From a virus (taxonomy: Duplodnaviria; Caudoviricetes), in IMG/VR virus record IMGVR_UViG_3300037420_001937, positions 1-36,644 of that record: 36,644 bases of DNA. One strand, given 5' to 3'. Shown piece after piece: positions 1 through 7,548 of the stretch. The notes beneath the pieces were generated by a model. That model saw only the letters and a list, made by a program, of their open reading frames with translations, made no database searches and was not told the DNA's origin. Within the stretch, counting starts at the first letter, position 1; each line of letters begins with the position of its first letter. The translations under genes were made by a program, and so were the position numbers.

Positions 1-127
1 CGGGCACGTCCGGCTCGTCCTCGATCGGGCCCAGTTCGACGTCCGGGATCTCGAGCATCCGGGCCCACAGGACGCCGTCGGCGTCGACGGCCAGGTTGTC
101 GGTCTTGTAGACGTACCACACCCTCAA
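1..127 (+). repeat. Terminal direct repeat, left copy (circular assembly overlap)
   Basis: Identical to 36518-36644; falls inside an ORF; 127 is a common assembler k. Confidence 0.95.
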
Positions 128-160
128 CCGTAGCTGTTGTATTCCCAATACAACAGCGGC
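122..160 (-). promoter_or_regulatory. Promoter/operator-like motif, copy 1
   Basis: CCTCAACCGTAGCTG shared with 669-683; perfect 11-bp inverted repeat 133-143/147-157; minus-strand TTGTAT-15-TACGGT. Confidence 0.45.
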
Positions 161-321
161 CCCGCCCGGCGCCTTGCGGATCCGGACGGGGCCCTCGCGA
201 AGGTTGTAGTTTTGACCCCCTGGGAAGGCACCAGCCCTTCCATTCCCAGGCGTTACCGGCTGGTCGGGTTGCCAGAGGAAGCCTAGCTGATGACTTGATG
301 GCCGGCGGCGATGGCTGAGAG

Positions 322-573
322 CTACTGTTGCTCCACCGTCACGTCGCCGGAGACGCGGACGAGCTTGCTCGTCCCGGCATCCATGAAGTACCAGCCATCC
401 GACTTCTCCTCGGTCTGGACCTTGCCCGTAGAGACCCACTCGCGCACGGGCTTGCCCCCGCTGTAGAGCGTCACGCGGCAGCGTGAGCCCAGTGAGACCC
501 TTTCCGCCATCTCGGCGTCTGTGCAGCCGCTCCCGAGCAACAGAAGAATGCCCAGGACGATCCTCCGTATCAC
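322..573 (-). CDS. Small phage lipoprotein (83 aa)
   Basis: GTG at 573 after GAGGAGG; MIRRIVLGILLLLGSG-C lipobox; beta-rich body VTLYSGGK..REWVSTGKV..SDGWYF. Confidence 0.8.
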   Translation of the reverse strand: MIRRIVLGILLLLGSGCTDAEMAERVSLGSRCRVTLYSGGKPVREWVSTGKVQTEEKSDGWYFMDAGTSKLVRVSGDVTVEQQ

Positions 574-668
574 GATTCCTCCTCTCGAGGGTGAGTGCAA
601 TGGATGGAACGACGACGCCCGGTTTTGGGGACCGGGCGTCGACGCAACCACTTCGGCTCTTCGCACCA

Positions 669-710
669 CCTCAACCGTAGCTGAGCCCCGGCCAGGTGCA
701 ACTCAGCGGC
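669..710 (-). promoter_or_regulatory. Promoter/operator-like motif, copy 2
   Basis: Same 15-mer and CAGCGGC as 122-160; GCTGAG/CTCAGC inverted repeat; minus-strand TTGCAC-16-TACGGT. Confidence 0.45.
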
Positions 711-1353
711 GAAACAGGCCCCCCTTCCGCGGCACCAGGAGCGGCTGGTAGGACTGCGGCGACGCCTGAGGCGAGGCGGTCACCGACGCGGTCACGGGAG
801 CCGGCGTGTAAACCACGCGCTCGATCACTGTCGCCGGCGACGAGCTGGGCGCCAGGGTGACGGCCGCCGTCTGCGTGGTGCGCGGGATCCGAATCCAGGC
901 GTCGCCGTGCTTGGCCAGGCACCGTCCGATTCGGCCGGCGGCCCGCCCCAGCAGGCCCGGCTCGTGGACCTCCCCGGTGTACGTCGACGTCGCGGGGGCA
1001 GGCGTCGGGGCGGCCGCGGCCGGGGCGGGTGCTGGCGGCGGAGCGGGTGCGGGCTGGACCGGGAGCGTCACCGGCTCCTCGTACTCGTACACGTGGTGCA
1101 CCACCTTGCGGCTGACCGTCGCCGGCGGCGGAGGGGGAGGCGGCGGAGCGGGCGCCGGTGTCGGTGTCGGTGTCGGGGTCGCCGGCTGGATGGGGAGCGT
1201 GACCGCCTCGGTGGGGGGGAGGACGGGCCGGGCCCTGGGCACCGGCGGCGGGGGCGGAGCCGTATCGTTGGCCGTGGGGATCTGCTTGCTGGGAGCAGCC
1301 CCATCGGCAGGATTGCCCCCCGCCAGCGCGAGGAGCAGGAGGAACGCGTTCAT
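703..1353 (-). CDS. Secreted Pro/Ala/Thr-rich low-complexity protein (216 aa)
   Basis: GAGG RBS; signal peptide MNAFLLLLALAGG; poly-Pro and PT/PA repeats. Confidence 0.75.
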   Translation of the reverse strand: MNAFLLLLALAGGNPADGAAPSKQIPTANDTAPPPPPVPRARPVLPPTEAVTLPIQPATPTPTPTPAPAPPPPPPPPATVSRKVVHHVYEYEEPVTLPVQPAPAPPPAPAPAAAAPTPAPATSTYTGEVHEPGLLGRAAGRIGRCLAKHGDAWIRIPRTTQTAAVTLAPSSSPATVIERVVYTPAPVTASVTASPQASPQSYQPLLVPRKGGLFRR

Positions 1354-1365
1354 GTCGACCTCGTG

Positions 1366-1530
1366 TCACGGGTGCGGCCGGTGGCACTCCGGGGTGACTG
1401 CCCGACGCCACCGGCCGCACAAATGGTACCACGAGGTTGGATCGGCACCGGGCGGCCCGGGACTGAATGCCTGGCCGCAGAATCCGCACGACCGGCAGGG
1501 GCGTTGCCCTGGTAGCGATAACCCGCGCAT
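1366..1530 (-). CDS. Small Cys-rich, possibly Zn-binding protein
   Basis: CRSCGFC..HLC..CH motif; fits the minus-strand gene run; weak RBS, start uncertain. Confidence 0.4.
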   Translation of the reverse strand: MRGLSLPGQRPCRSCGFCGQAFSPGPPGADPTSWYHLCGRWRRAVTPECHRPHP

Positions 1531-1669
1531 GGAAAGGGCCGGGGCCACAAGCCCCGGCCCGAGCGAGAGCCACGAGACGGACGGTCGCACGAAACCAGAC
1601 GCAACCCCAGGTCGAGGGCACAACCCAGATGCACCGGTCTTATCGGCCGGCTTGACAGCAATGTCCTAC

Positions 1670-1705
1670 AAAAAGCCGGCGGATCCCACGCTGGGATCCG
1701 CCGGC
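1670..1705 (-). terminator. Rho-independent terminator
   Basis: Perfect 14-bp stem GCCGGCGGATCCCA/TGGGATCCGCCGGC, 3-nt loop, then TTTTT on minus. Confidence 0.85.
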
Positions 1706-1751
1706 CGGATCGGTTGCCAGGCATCCCTGGCCAGTTCTCGCGCGGCGGAGT

Positions 1752-1886
1752 CTACCGGGGCGGCCGGAAACGCGGAAGTGAAGTTTGACTTCCACCACCG
1801 ACTCTCAGGTGTCGTGTCCGCCGCTGGAACCAGCCCCAGAGCAGCACCAGGGCGACGAGCGCCAGGACCTCGAGCAGGCGGTTCAC
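1752..1886 (-). CDS. Small single-TM protein (44 aa)
   Basis: GTGA overlap with upstream stop; LLEVLALVALVLLWGWF then basic residues. Confidence 0.6.
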   Translation of the reverse strand: MNRLLEVLALVALVLLWGWFQRRTRHLRVGGGSQTSLPRFRPPR

Positions 1887-2194
1887 GGCCGATCGTCGCC
1901 GGTGAAGCGGACCGCCGGCGGCGACGTGTAGCCGGGTCCGCTGCTGGTGAGCGTCATCCGGCAGTAGGCGTCGCTCTCGGGCACCAACGACCCATCGGGC
2001 AGGATGAACGCACACCCGAGGACGTCGTACCGCAGGTTTAACTCCAAGCTTCGGGCGAACTCCGCCAACTCGGCGTCGGTCAGGAAGACGGGCTGCGGCG
2101 GGACGATCGTCGGGCAGGACTCGGTAGCCGCGACAGGAAAGCGTCCCGCGCCAACCAGGGCCGCCAAGGCTCCGAGGAAGTTGCGACGCTTCAT
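1883..2194 (-). CDS. Putative Tat-exported protein (103 aa)
   Basis: GGAG RBS; MKRRNFLGALAALVGA twin-arginine signal. Confidence 0.7.
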   Translation of the reverse strand: MKRRNFLGALAALVGAGRFPVAATESCPTIVPPQPVFLTDAELAEFARSLELNLRYDVLGCAFILPDGSLVPESDAYCRMTLTSSGPGYTSPPAVRFTGDDRP

Positions 2195-2260
2195 GGTCAC
2201 TCCGGTCGGGGTGGTAAGCTTGAAGGGTCGCCCCAATTCTAACCCAAGCACGCGGAGGAT

Positions 2261-2548
2261 GTGATGCCGACCGAGCGCCTTCTGAACCGGCTGCGGACCG
2301 TCTCCGAAGCCATGCTCCATCATGAGGACGACCCTGGTTTCTTCCTGAAGCATGGCCTGATGGAGATGGCGAGGCTCGAGCTCGAGCTCGAGCTCGAGCT
2401 GGCCTCGGAGGAACGGAAGGTCATGACCGTCGCCGAGCTGCTCGAGGCCCTCGAGCGGGCCTATGCCCACAACCCCGAGGTGTCGGCATGGCTTGGGGAA
2501 CAGAAGACGCGACTGATCGCCACTGAGAGCTCGCTGCCGGCGGCTTAA
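2261..2548 (+). CDS. Hypothetical helical protein
   Basis: GGAGG RBS; non-shadow composition; (CTCGAG)4 encodes LELELELE. Confidence 0.65.
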   Translation: MMPTERLLNRLRTVSEAMLHHEDDPGFFLKHGLMEMARLELELELELASEERKVMTVAELLEALERAYAHNPEVSAWLGEQKTRLIATESSLPAA

Positions 2549-2814
2549 CCTTGGGGAGGTTCGGCCCCCTGGTCCAGGGCGGCCAGGAACGCGGCCGACG
2601 CCTCCTCGTCGAACTTGACCGGCTTGTCGATGCCGACGAAGCAGACTTCGACCGTCACCACGTCGCGATGGTCCGCATCAGTCGGCTCGATCAGCTGGTT
2701 CAGAGGGTTGTACTTGCGGCGGTAGTCCTCCCGCAGCTTGCGGGTCCGCTTCACGTCGTACCACACCAGCTGGTCCAGGTTGTACGTCCGGTCGCCGATC
2801 TTCAGCAGCTTCAT
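2545..2814 (-). CDS. Hypothetical protein (89 aa)
   Basis: GGAGG RBS; MKLLKIGDRTYNLDQLVWYDV, globular composition. Confidence 0.75.
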   Translation of the reverse strand: MKLLKIGDRTYNLDQLVWYDVKRTRKLREDYRRKYNPLNQLIEPTDADHRDVVTVEVCFVGIDKPVKFDEEASAAFLAALDQGAEPPQG

Positions 2815-2837
2815 GATCGAATAGAGCCTCCATCGGT

Positions 2838-3119
2838 TTAGAACAGCATCCCCTGATCTGCCTCTCCCGCCGGCTTCAGTGGCTGTGGCTTCCGCTTCGC
2901 CCGCACGATGGGCCGCATGATCCCCCTGACGACCAGGTCGACCTCGCGCGACCAGACCCGGGCGCCCCAGTGCCCACCCTCGCTCCTGAGCCACCAGGGC
3001 CGCTCGCGCCGGACGTACCGCTCCAGCTCCTTGCCCTCGAGCCCCATCGCCCGGCCCCGCTCGGCCGCCGCCATCGCGATCGGGCACAGCTGCCTGGACC
3101 AGTAGCCTTCCCGCGCCAT
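2838..3119 (-). CDS. Hypothetical protein (93 aa)
   Basis: ORF in minus-strand run; ends in Q-x-x-LF-like GMLF. Confidence 0.65.
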   Translation of the reverse strand: MAREGYWSRQLCPIAMAAAERGRAMGLEGKELERYVRRERPWWLRSEGGHWGARVWSREVDLVVRGIMRPIVRAKRKPQPLKPAGEADQGMLF

Positions 3120-3127
3120 AACCTGAC

Positions 3128-3195
3128 CCTCACGGCGTCCGCTTGGGCGGGGGTTCGGGAAGCCCCGCGCCTTCGCGTAGGTCGATCAACACGTT
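3128..3195 (-). pseudogene. Frameshifted remnant of the 3' end of a paralogous RHH repressor gene
   Basis: 29 bp at 3122-3150 identical to 3519-3547; reads VLID/YAKARGF/EPPPKRTP* with two 1-nt indels versus ALTNYLRAQGFTEPPPKRTP*. Confidence 0.7.
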
Positions 3196-3222
3196 ATCGC
3201 TCGGGAGGCGGTTCCTTACCCC

Positions 3223-3441
3223 TTAATCCTCGACTCGAGGACGCTTCAACTCGTTGCGGAGGTTCAACAAGGCCCCATGCGCGAGTTGAAGGTGATGCGC
3301 AAGTTCGACATTTTCCTGAATTCTCAGGTCCGGATCGGATTTCGCGAGCGTCTCACGGGCGTCCTTGACGCTCCGCATCGCGCTGTCCAGATACAGATCC
3401 GCAGACGTCTTGTCTTGGAGGGAATCGAAAACCTCGTTCAT
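3223..3441 (-). CDS. Hypothetical helical protein (72 aa), lower GC
   Basis: GGGAG RBS; lies between the two 29-bp repeats. Confidence 0.7.
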   Translation of the reverse strand: MNEVFDSLQDKTSADLYLDSAMRSVKDARETLAKSDPDLRIQENVELAHHLQLAHGALLNLRNELKRPRVED

Positions 3442-3526
3442 CGTCGTGTCTCCCGTGTCTTGTGGCCTGGAGATCTGCGAAGGCGATCAGCTCCAGATCG
3501 AAGGCATGCGTCGCAGCGCCTGACCC

Positions 3527-3751
3527 TCACGGCGTCCGCTTGGGCGGAGGCTCGGTGAAGCCCTGCGCACGGAGATAGTTGGTCAACGCCATATCAACCA
3601 ATTTGGAAACGTCCGTGCGGATGTAGTCGGCACCCTTCTCGACCCACGCAAGCCATTCCTCGCAAGCCTGCACCGAAAGTCGCTTGTTCAGCGCGGGGCT
3701 GGGCGACTTCTTGCCGGCACTCTTCTTTCTCGCCATCACAGCCTCGGTCAT
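3527..3751 (-). CDS. Ribbon-helix-helix repressor-like protein
   Basis: RLSVQACEEWLAWVEKGADYIRTDVSKLVDMALTNYL strand-helix-helix pattern with GF..PPPKR tail; divergent from early operon. Confidence 0.75.
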   Translation of the reverse strand: MTEAVMARKKSAGKKSPSPALNKRLSVQACEEWLAWVEKGADYIRTDVSKLVDMALTNYLRAQGFTEPPPKRTP

Positions 3752-3871
3752 GTTCGGTCCCTTTCTCAGCACGCGGGAATGGTAACAGGGTGGTGTGGCC
3801 TACGACAGAGGCATCATAGAGGTTCGACAGTCACTGGGCAATCCCTGCACAGAATTTTTGTCCCCAGTCTC

Positions 3872-3899
3872 TTGACACTCGCTGTGTAGTGGATAGGAT
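3872..3899 (+). promoter_or_regulatory. Sigma70-type early rightward promoter
   Basis: TTGACA-16-TAGGAT; flanked by inverted GACAGTCAC (3826-3834) / GTGACTGTC (3900-3908). Confidence 0.7.
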
Positions 3900-3936
3900 G
3901 TGACTGTCCGGTCGGGGCTGTCTCAACCGGCGCATG

Positions 3937-4002
3937 AAAAAAGCCCCCGTGAGTGCCGTTAACACCCACGAGGGCCAGTCCCCAAAAAAGGACATCCGTG
4001 CA
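3937..4002 (-). ncRNA. Predicted cis-antisense sRNA over the RBS of the first early gene
   Basis: Minus promoter TTCACA(4037-4032)-17-TACGGT with extended TG; ends in hairpin 3943-3975 plus TTTTTT. Confidence 0.55.
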
Positions 4003-4485
4003 ATGGCTACCGTATCACACGATCCCCTGGCTGTGAACTGGGATCTAGTCGACCTGGTCCCGCCCGAGGCCGACGAGCTCGATGAGATCCTCGACGTCTT
4101 CGGCGACAACGCCAACCTGGGGCTGCTCCAGTATGAGGACCGGCCGTCGTTCGCCAGCTACCTCGAGCTCCAGGCGAGCCGGTACCGCTCGCAGGAGGAC
4201 GAGTGGGCAGTGTATCTGGCCGGGCTGATCCAGGCCGCCGCCGACAACGCCCGCCGGCACCAGGCGACGACGCCGGCGGAGCTCGAAGCCCGCCAGGAGC
4301 TCGAGGACGACGAGCGGGACGCCAACCTGGTGGCCCGGGGCTACGACCAGTGCCTCGCCGAGCTGCAGGGCGATCCCCTGGCCCGGTACCACCGGCAGCG
4401 GCGCGAGGACCTGGCCGAGGGCCGGCGGGAGACGGCGCGGCGGGAGGAGCGGCTGCGGCAGATCATGAGCGGCTTCGGCGAGTAA
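4003..4485 (+). CDS. Hypothetical acidic early protein
   Basis: AAGGA RBS, ATG 4003 (MATVSHDP); first gene of early operon. Confidence 0.75.
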   Translation: MATVSHDPLAVNWDLVDLVPPEADELDEILDVFGDNANLGLLQYEDRPSFASYLELQASRYRSQEDEWAVYLAGLIQAAADNARRHQATTPAELEARQELEDDERDANLVARGYDQCLAELQGDPLARYHRQRREDLAEGRRETARREERLRQIMSGFGE

Positions 4486-4545
4486 CCAGCCTAACCAGGC
4501 CCGGCCGGCGACGAGCTGGCCGGGCCGCTGACAGGAGCGACGACA

Positions 4546-4770
4546 ATGCGCCTTGATCCCTATCAGCGAGTCGAAGCCCTGCTCAAGACGATCGACAAGA
4601 AGCTCGAGCGGGCGACGTGCTGGGACCAGACCTCGCAGACCGTGGACGGCCGGGCCAACGCGATCAACGAACTGATCGAGGGCCTCGGGCACGCCTGCCA
4701 GGCGATCAGGATCCTCAGCGATCAGACCAAGATGTGCGACGAGCACATCGGACGGATGCTGCCCAAGTAA
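4546..4770 (+). CDS. Hypothetical coiled-coil protein (74 aa)
   Basis: AGGAG RBS; heptad pattern. Confidence 0.75.
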   Translation: MRLDPYQRVEALLKTIDKKLERATCWDQTSQTVDGRANAINELIEGLGHACQAIRILSDQTKMCDEHIGRMLPK

Positions 4771-4905
4771 CCCAGGGAGCGCGGCTCACCTCGAGCCGAT
4801 CCGCCGTGCCTCAAGCGACCAGCTCCAGCGCTGGCTCCGCGAGACCACGGCCGCGCTCCGCCACTCTCGCCGAATCTGCCCGGCCTTGAAGAAAGGAGCC
4901 CCGCA

Positions 4906-5664
4906 ATGACCCAGCTCCCTGACCTCTTCGCGTCCCTCGCCGCACCGTTCGACCCGAGCGAGGTGAAGGTTCGCACGCAGAACAGCCGCCTGCTCCATTA
5001 CGTCACCGCCCGCACCGTGATGAACCGGCTCGACAGCGTGTTGGGCCCTGAGAACTGGTGGGACCGTTACGTGCCGGGGGAGAACAGCGTCCTCTGCGAG
5101 CTGACCATCCGCTTGCCGGACGGGTCGACCCTGACCAAGTCCGACGCCGGCGGGTACGCCGGGATGTCCGACTCGGGCGACGACGACAAGTCGGGCTATT
5201 CCGACGCCTTCAAGCGCGCGGCCGTCAAGTTCGGCGTGGCCCGCTACCTCTACCGCGACGGGGTTCCGGCATTCGTCCAGGAACGCACTGGCAATCCGGA
5301 ACACCCTCACGAACCCCCCAGCAAGGCCGCCGCGATGCCGCCTGCGAACGACCACGCGCATGCCAACGGCAAGACCACGGGCCTGTGGGGCGGTTCCAAA
5401 CCGGCGCAGACGCGACCGCCGGCCGCGTCGTCCAATGGCGTCGCCGGCGACAAGGCGCCGCGCGACGGCCGGGCCTTCTTCCGATGGGTGAAGGACCAGG
5501 AGCAGCGCCACGAGTTCGGCCTGCTCAAGTACATGAACGGCTGGGCGAAGCTCCAGGACTTCCCCGGCCGGATGGTGGACTGGGACGCCGGGCAGATCGC
5601 CCTGGCCCATACCGAGGCGGTGCGGCGACTGGGGTCACTCGAGAGTCAGGAAGTGGGGGCGTGA
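4906..5664 (+). CDS. Rad52/Rad22-family single-strand annealing protein (Sak/DdrA-like)
   Basis: LAAPF..EVK, YVTARTVMNRLDSVLGPENW, KSGYSDAFKRAAVKFGVARYLY signature motifs. Confidence 0.92.
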   Translation: MTQLPDLFASLAAPFDPSEVKVRTQNSRLLHYVTARTVMNRLDSVLGPENWWDRYVPGENSVLCELTIRLPDGSTLTKSDAGGYAGMSDSGDDDKSGYSDAFKRAAVKFGVARYLYRDGVPAFVQERTGNPEHPHEPPSKAAAMPPANDHAHANGKTTGLWGGSKPAQTRPPAASSNGVAGDKAPRDGRAFFRWVKDQEQRHEFGLLKYMNGWAKLQDFPGRMVDWDAGQIALAHTEAVRRLGSLESQEVGA

Positions 5665-5888
5665 ACGACATGGGCGTCTTCCGGAAGAAGATCACCGTCA
5701 CCGATGGCGAGGGCAAGCCTGCCCCCGCCATCCTGGCGGTTTGCCATTGCCGCTCAGAACAATTCAGCTGCTACTTGGTCTTCGCCGGCGGCGAGATCGC
5801 TCACCTCCATCTGCAATGCGTCCGCTGTGGCATGTCCTACTGCGATGGCGTCTGCGGAGACCAGCCCGACGTGGGAGGTGCCGAGTGA
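5661..5888 (+). CDS. Small Zn-ribbon protein
   Basis: GTGA overlap; CHC..CVRC..CDGVC. Confidence 0.7.
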   Translation: MNDMGVFRKKITVTDGEGKPAPAILAVCHCRSEQFSCYLVFAGGEIAHLHLQCVRCGMSYCDGVCGDQPDVGGAE

Positions 5889-6115
5889 ACGGGTTGCGTT
5901 GCATCTGGACCGTACGCGCCGGGATCCTTCCCGGCGTCGTCATGCCGGAGCTCACGCGCACCTGGCTGATCGCCGCCGATGCGTGGGGGAAGCTCGACGA
6001 TCAGGGACGGCTCGAGCTGTTCCACCGGCACCGCAGCGAGGCGCACCAGTACGCCGTCGACATCACCGACCCCAATCGCGTGAACTGGGTGAACGTCGAT
6101 TTCATGTGGATGTGA
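5885..6115 (+). CDS. Hypothetical protein (76 aa)
   Basis: GTGA overlap; GGAGG RBS. Confidence 0.7.
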   Translation: MNGLRCIWTVRAGILPGVVMPELTRTWLIAADAWGKLDDQGRLELFHRHRSEAHQYAVDITDPNRVNWVNVDFMWM

Positions 6116-6122
6116 GGAGAGA

Positions 6123-6407
6123 ATGGGGAAACCCTACACCGACGAGCAGTTCCAGGAGTTCACGGCGAAGATCGTCGACCATCTTCGCCGCGCCGGGCCG
6201 ACCGCTCAGGTCGACCTGCCCCATCTGATCCCCGGGCTCAGCGATTACATGCTCCGCCAGTGCATCTCGCCCTTGCTCCGCAACGGCACGGTCCGCAGGC
6301 GCAGCTACCGGCGCGAACACCAGAAGCGGCTCGCCTACACCAGCAGGACCGTGACGGTGACCACCGAGGCCACCTTTTACGAACTCGTGGAAAGGACAAG
6401 GAAATGA
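6123..6407 (+). CDS. Putative winged-helix DNA-binding protein
   Basis: GAGGAG RBS; IVDHLRRAGPTAQVDLPHLIPGLSDYMLRQCISPLLRNGTVRR. Confidence 0.65.
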   Translation: MGKPYTDEQFQEFTAKIVDHLRRAGPTAQVDLPHLIPGLSDYMLRQCISPLLRNGTVRRRSYRREHQKRLAYTSRTVTVTTEATFYELVERTRK

Positions 6408-6616
6408 CCCATTCGGACGTGATTGATGCGCCATGCGACGGCCATCTCATTGACGTCGACACCTTCGCCGATCGGCGGATCACCTACCACGGGATCCTCG
6501 ACCTGGTCGTGACCATCTACCAGTGCGACCGCTGCGCCCGGCGCATCACCGTGGAGCGCAAGGCCGGCTTCGAGCCGCTGGCGGTCTCGCTCGCCTTCGT
6601 CGTGACGGGGCTGTAA
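6404..6616 (+). CDS. Hypothetical Cys-containing protein (70 aa)
   Basis: ATGA overlap; YQCDRC knuckle. Confidence 0.6.
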   Translation: MTHSDVIDAPCDGHLIDVDTFADRRITYHGILDLVVTIYQCDRCARRITVERKAGFEPLAVSLAFVVTGL

Positions 6617-6682
6617 CGTCAGTGACGGATCCGGAAGCGGGGCCGGATCCGCGAATTCGAACCGTCCGGTCGGCGCCAAGGA

Positions 6683-6711
6683 TTGCGAGCGTCGGAAGGA
6701 CGGGTTAAGAT
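6683..6711 (+). promoter_or_regulatory. Promoter of replication operon
   Basis: TTGCGA-17-TAAGAT about 140 nt upstream of ATG 6854. Confidence 0.55.
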
Positions 6712-6791
6712 TCCCCGCTGGATGGCGCGAGAATTGACGCGCCCGTTTCGCTATTTCTGGTCACGGAGCAACCGTTGATCGCACCAGCCTA

Positions 6792-6846
6792 TTAACCGGG
6801 TCCAAGTGTGAGAGCTTTCCCCGGCTAACGGCGTAACCACAGGTCC
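6792..6846 (+). repeat. Leader hairpin, copy 1 of 30-bp repeat plus ACAGGTCC box
   Basis: 6796-6825 matches 8729-8758 at 29/30; ACAGGTCC at 6839-6846 and 8767-8774. Confidence 0.9.
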
Positions 6847-6853
6847 CGCAACC

Positions 6854-7102
6854 ATGTCCGCCGCGAACCCGCGCGGGGTGAATGACCCCGCCGCGACCGA
6901 TCGGTGTCCGGCCCGCATGCGCGCCAGACGTCCGAAGCGTCGCTCATCGTACCCCGAGCTCGGGCCGCGAGTCAATCCGCCCAGCCCGCAAATCCCGCCG
7001 TCCCCGCAGGACCCCGACACCTACGATCCGTGGTCCTTTGCGGACAAATGGTACCGCTGGGAGCTCGCCCAGGACGCCGACGGCGAGGGAGGTGGTTCAT
7101 GA
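6854..7102 (+). CDS. Hypothetical protein, first gene of replication operon
   Basis: ATGA coupling to next gene; start uncertain. Confidence 0.5.
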   Translation: MSAANPRGVNDPAATDRCPARMRARRPKRRSSYPELGPRVNPPSPQIPPSPQDPDTYDPWSFADKWYRWELAQDADGEGGGS

Positions 7103-7548
7103 CCACCGAGGCCCCGCCCGAGCGCCCCGCGCCAACCGGCTGGCCGCTGCCCGCCGAGCCCGAGCTGCGGCCGCGCCGCTACCTCGACGGCATGTGCCAC
7201 GTCCCGCTCGACCTGGTCCGCGATCCCCAGCTGGGATCCGGGGACAAGACGGTCGCCTGCGCCCTCTCCGCGCTGTCGTTCGGCAGCACCGAGGTCATCG
7301 CGCTGAACGAGACGATCGGCCGGCACTGCGGCCTGAAGTCGCGGGAGATCCAGACCGCGCTCAAGCGGCTTGAGGCCCACGGCTGGATCCGCCGGGCCGC
7401 CGCCTCGGGCAAGCTCCAGCGGCGCATCGTTCTGCTCTGGAAGCTGCCCGACACGTTCGACGGCCTGGTGCCGCTCGACGCCCCCAAGGCCAGGCGCAAG
7501 CCGGGAAACCCGCAGCTCCCCCTGTTCGGGGGGGGGGGTGACCCGTGA
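7099..7548 (+). CDS. Winged-helix (HTH_36-like) protein, replication-associated
   Basis: GGAGG RBS; VPLDLVRDPQLGSGDK..NETIGRHCGLKSREIQTALKRLEAHGWIRR. Confidence 0.8.
   Translation: MTTEAPPERPAPTGWPLPAEPELRPRRYLDGMCHVPLDLVRDPQLGSGDKTVACALSALSFGSTEVIALNETIGRHCGLKSREIQTALKRLEAHGWIRRAAASGKLQRRIVLLWKLPDTFDGLVPLDAPKARRKPGNPQLPLFGGGGDP

Noticed and set aside
2375-2398. (CTCGAG)4 microsatellite as a contingency locus
   Set aside because: In-frame hexamer encoding LE repeats, and CTCGAG is common throughout the genome
3122-3600. Diverged repeat pair as a diversity-generating retroelement TR/VR
   Set aside because: Differences include indels and non-adenine changes, and no reverse transcriptase is present
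7528-7538. G11 tract as a phase-variable switch fusing the two winged-helix genes
   Set aside because: G12 gives an immediate TGA and G10 reaches TAG within a few codons, so neither fuses the genes; the tract can serve as RBS for GTG 7545
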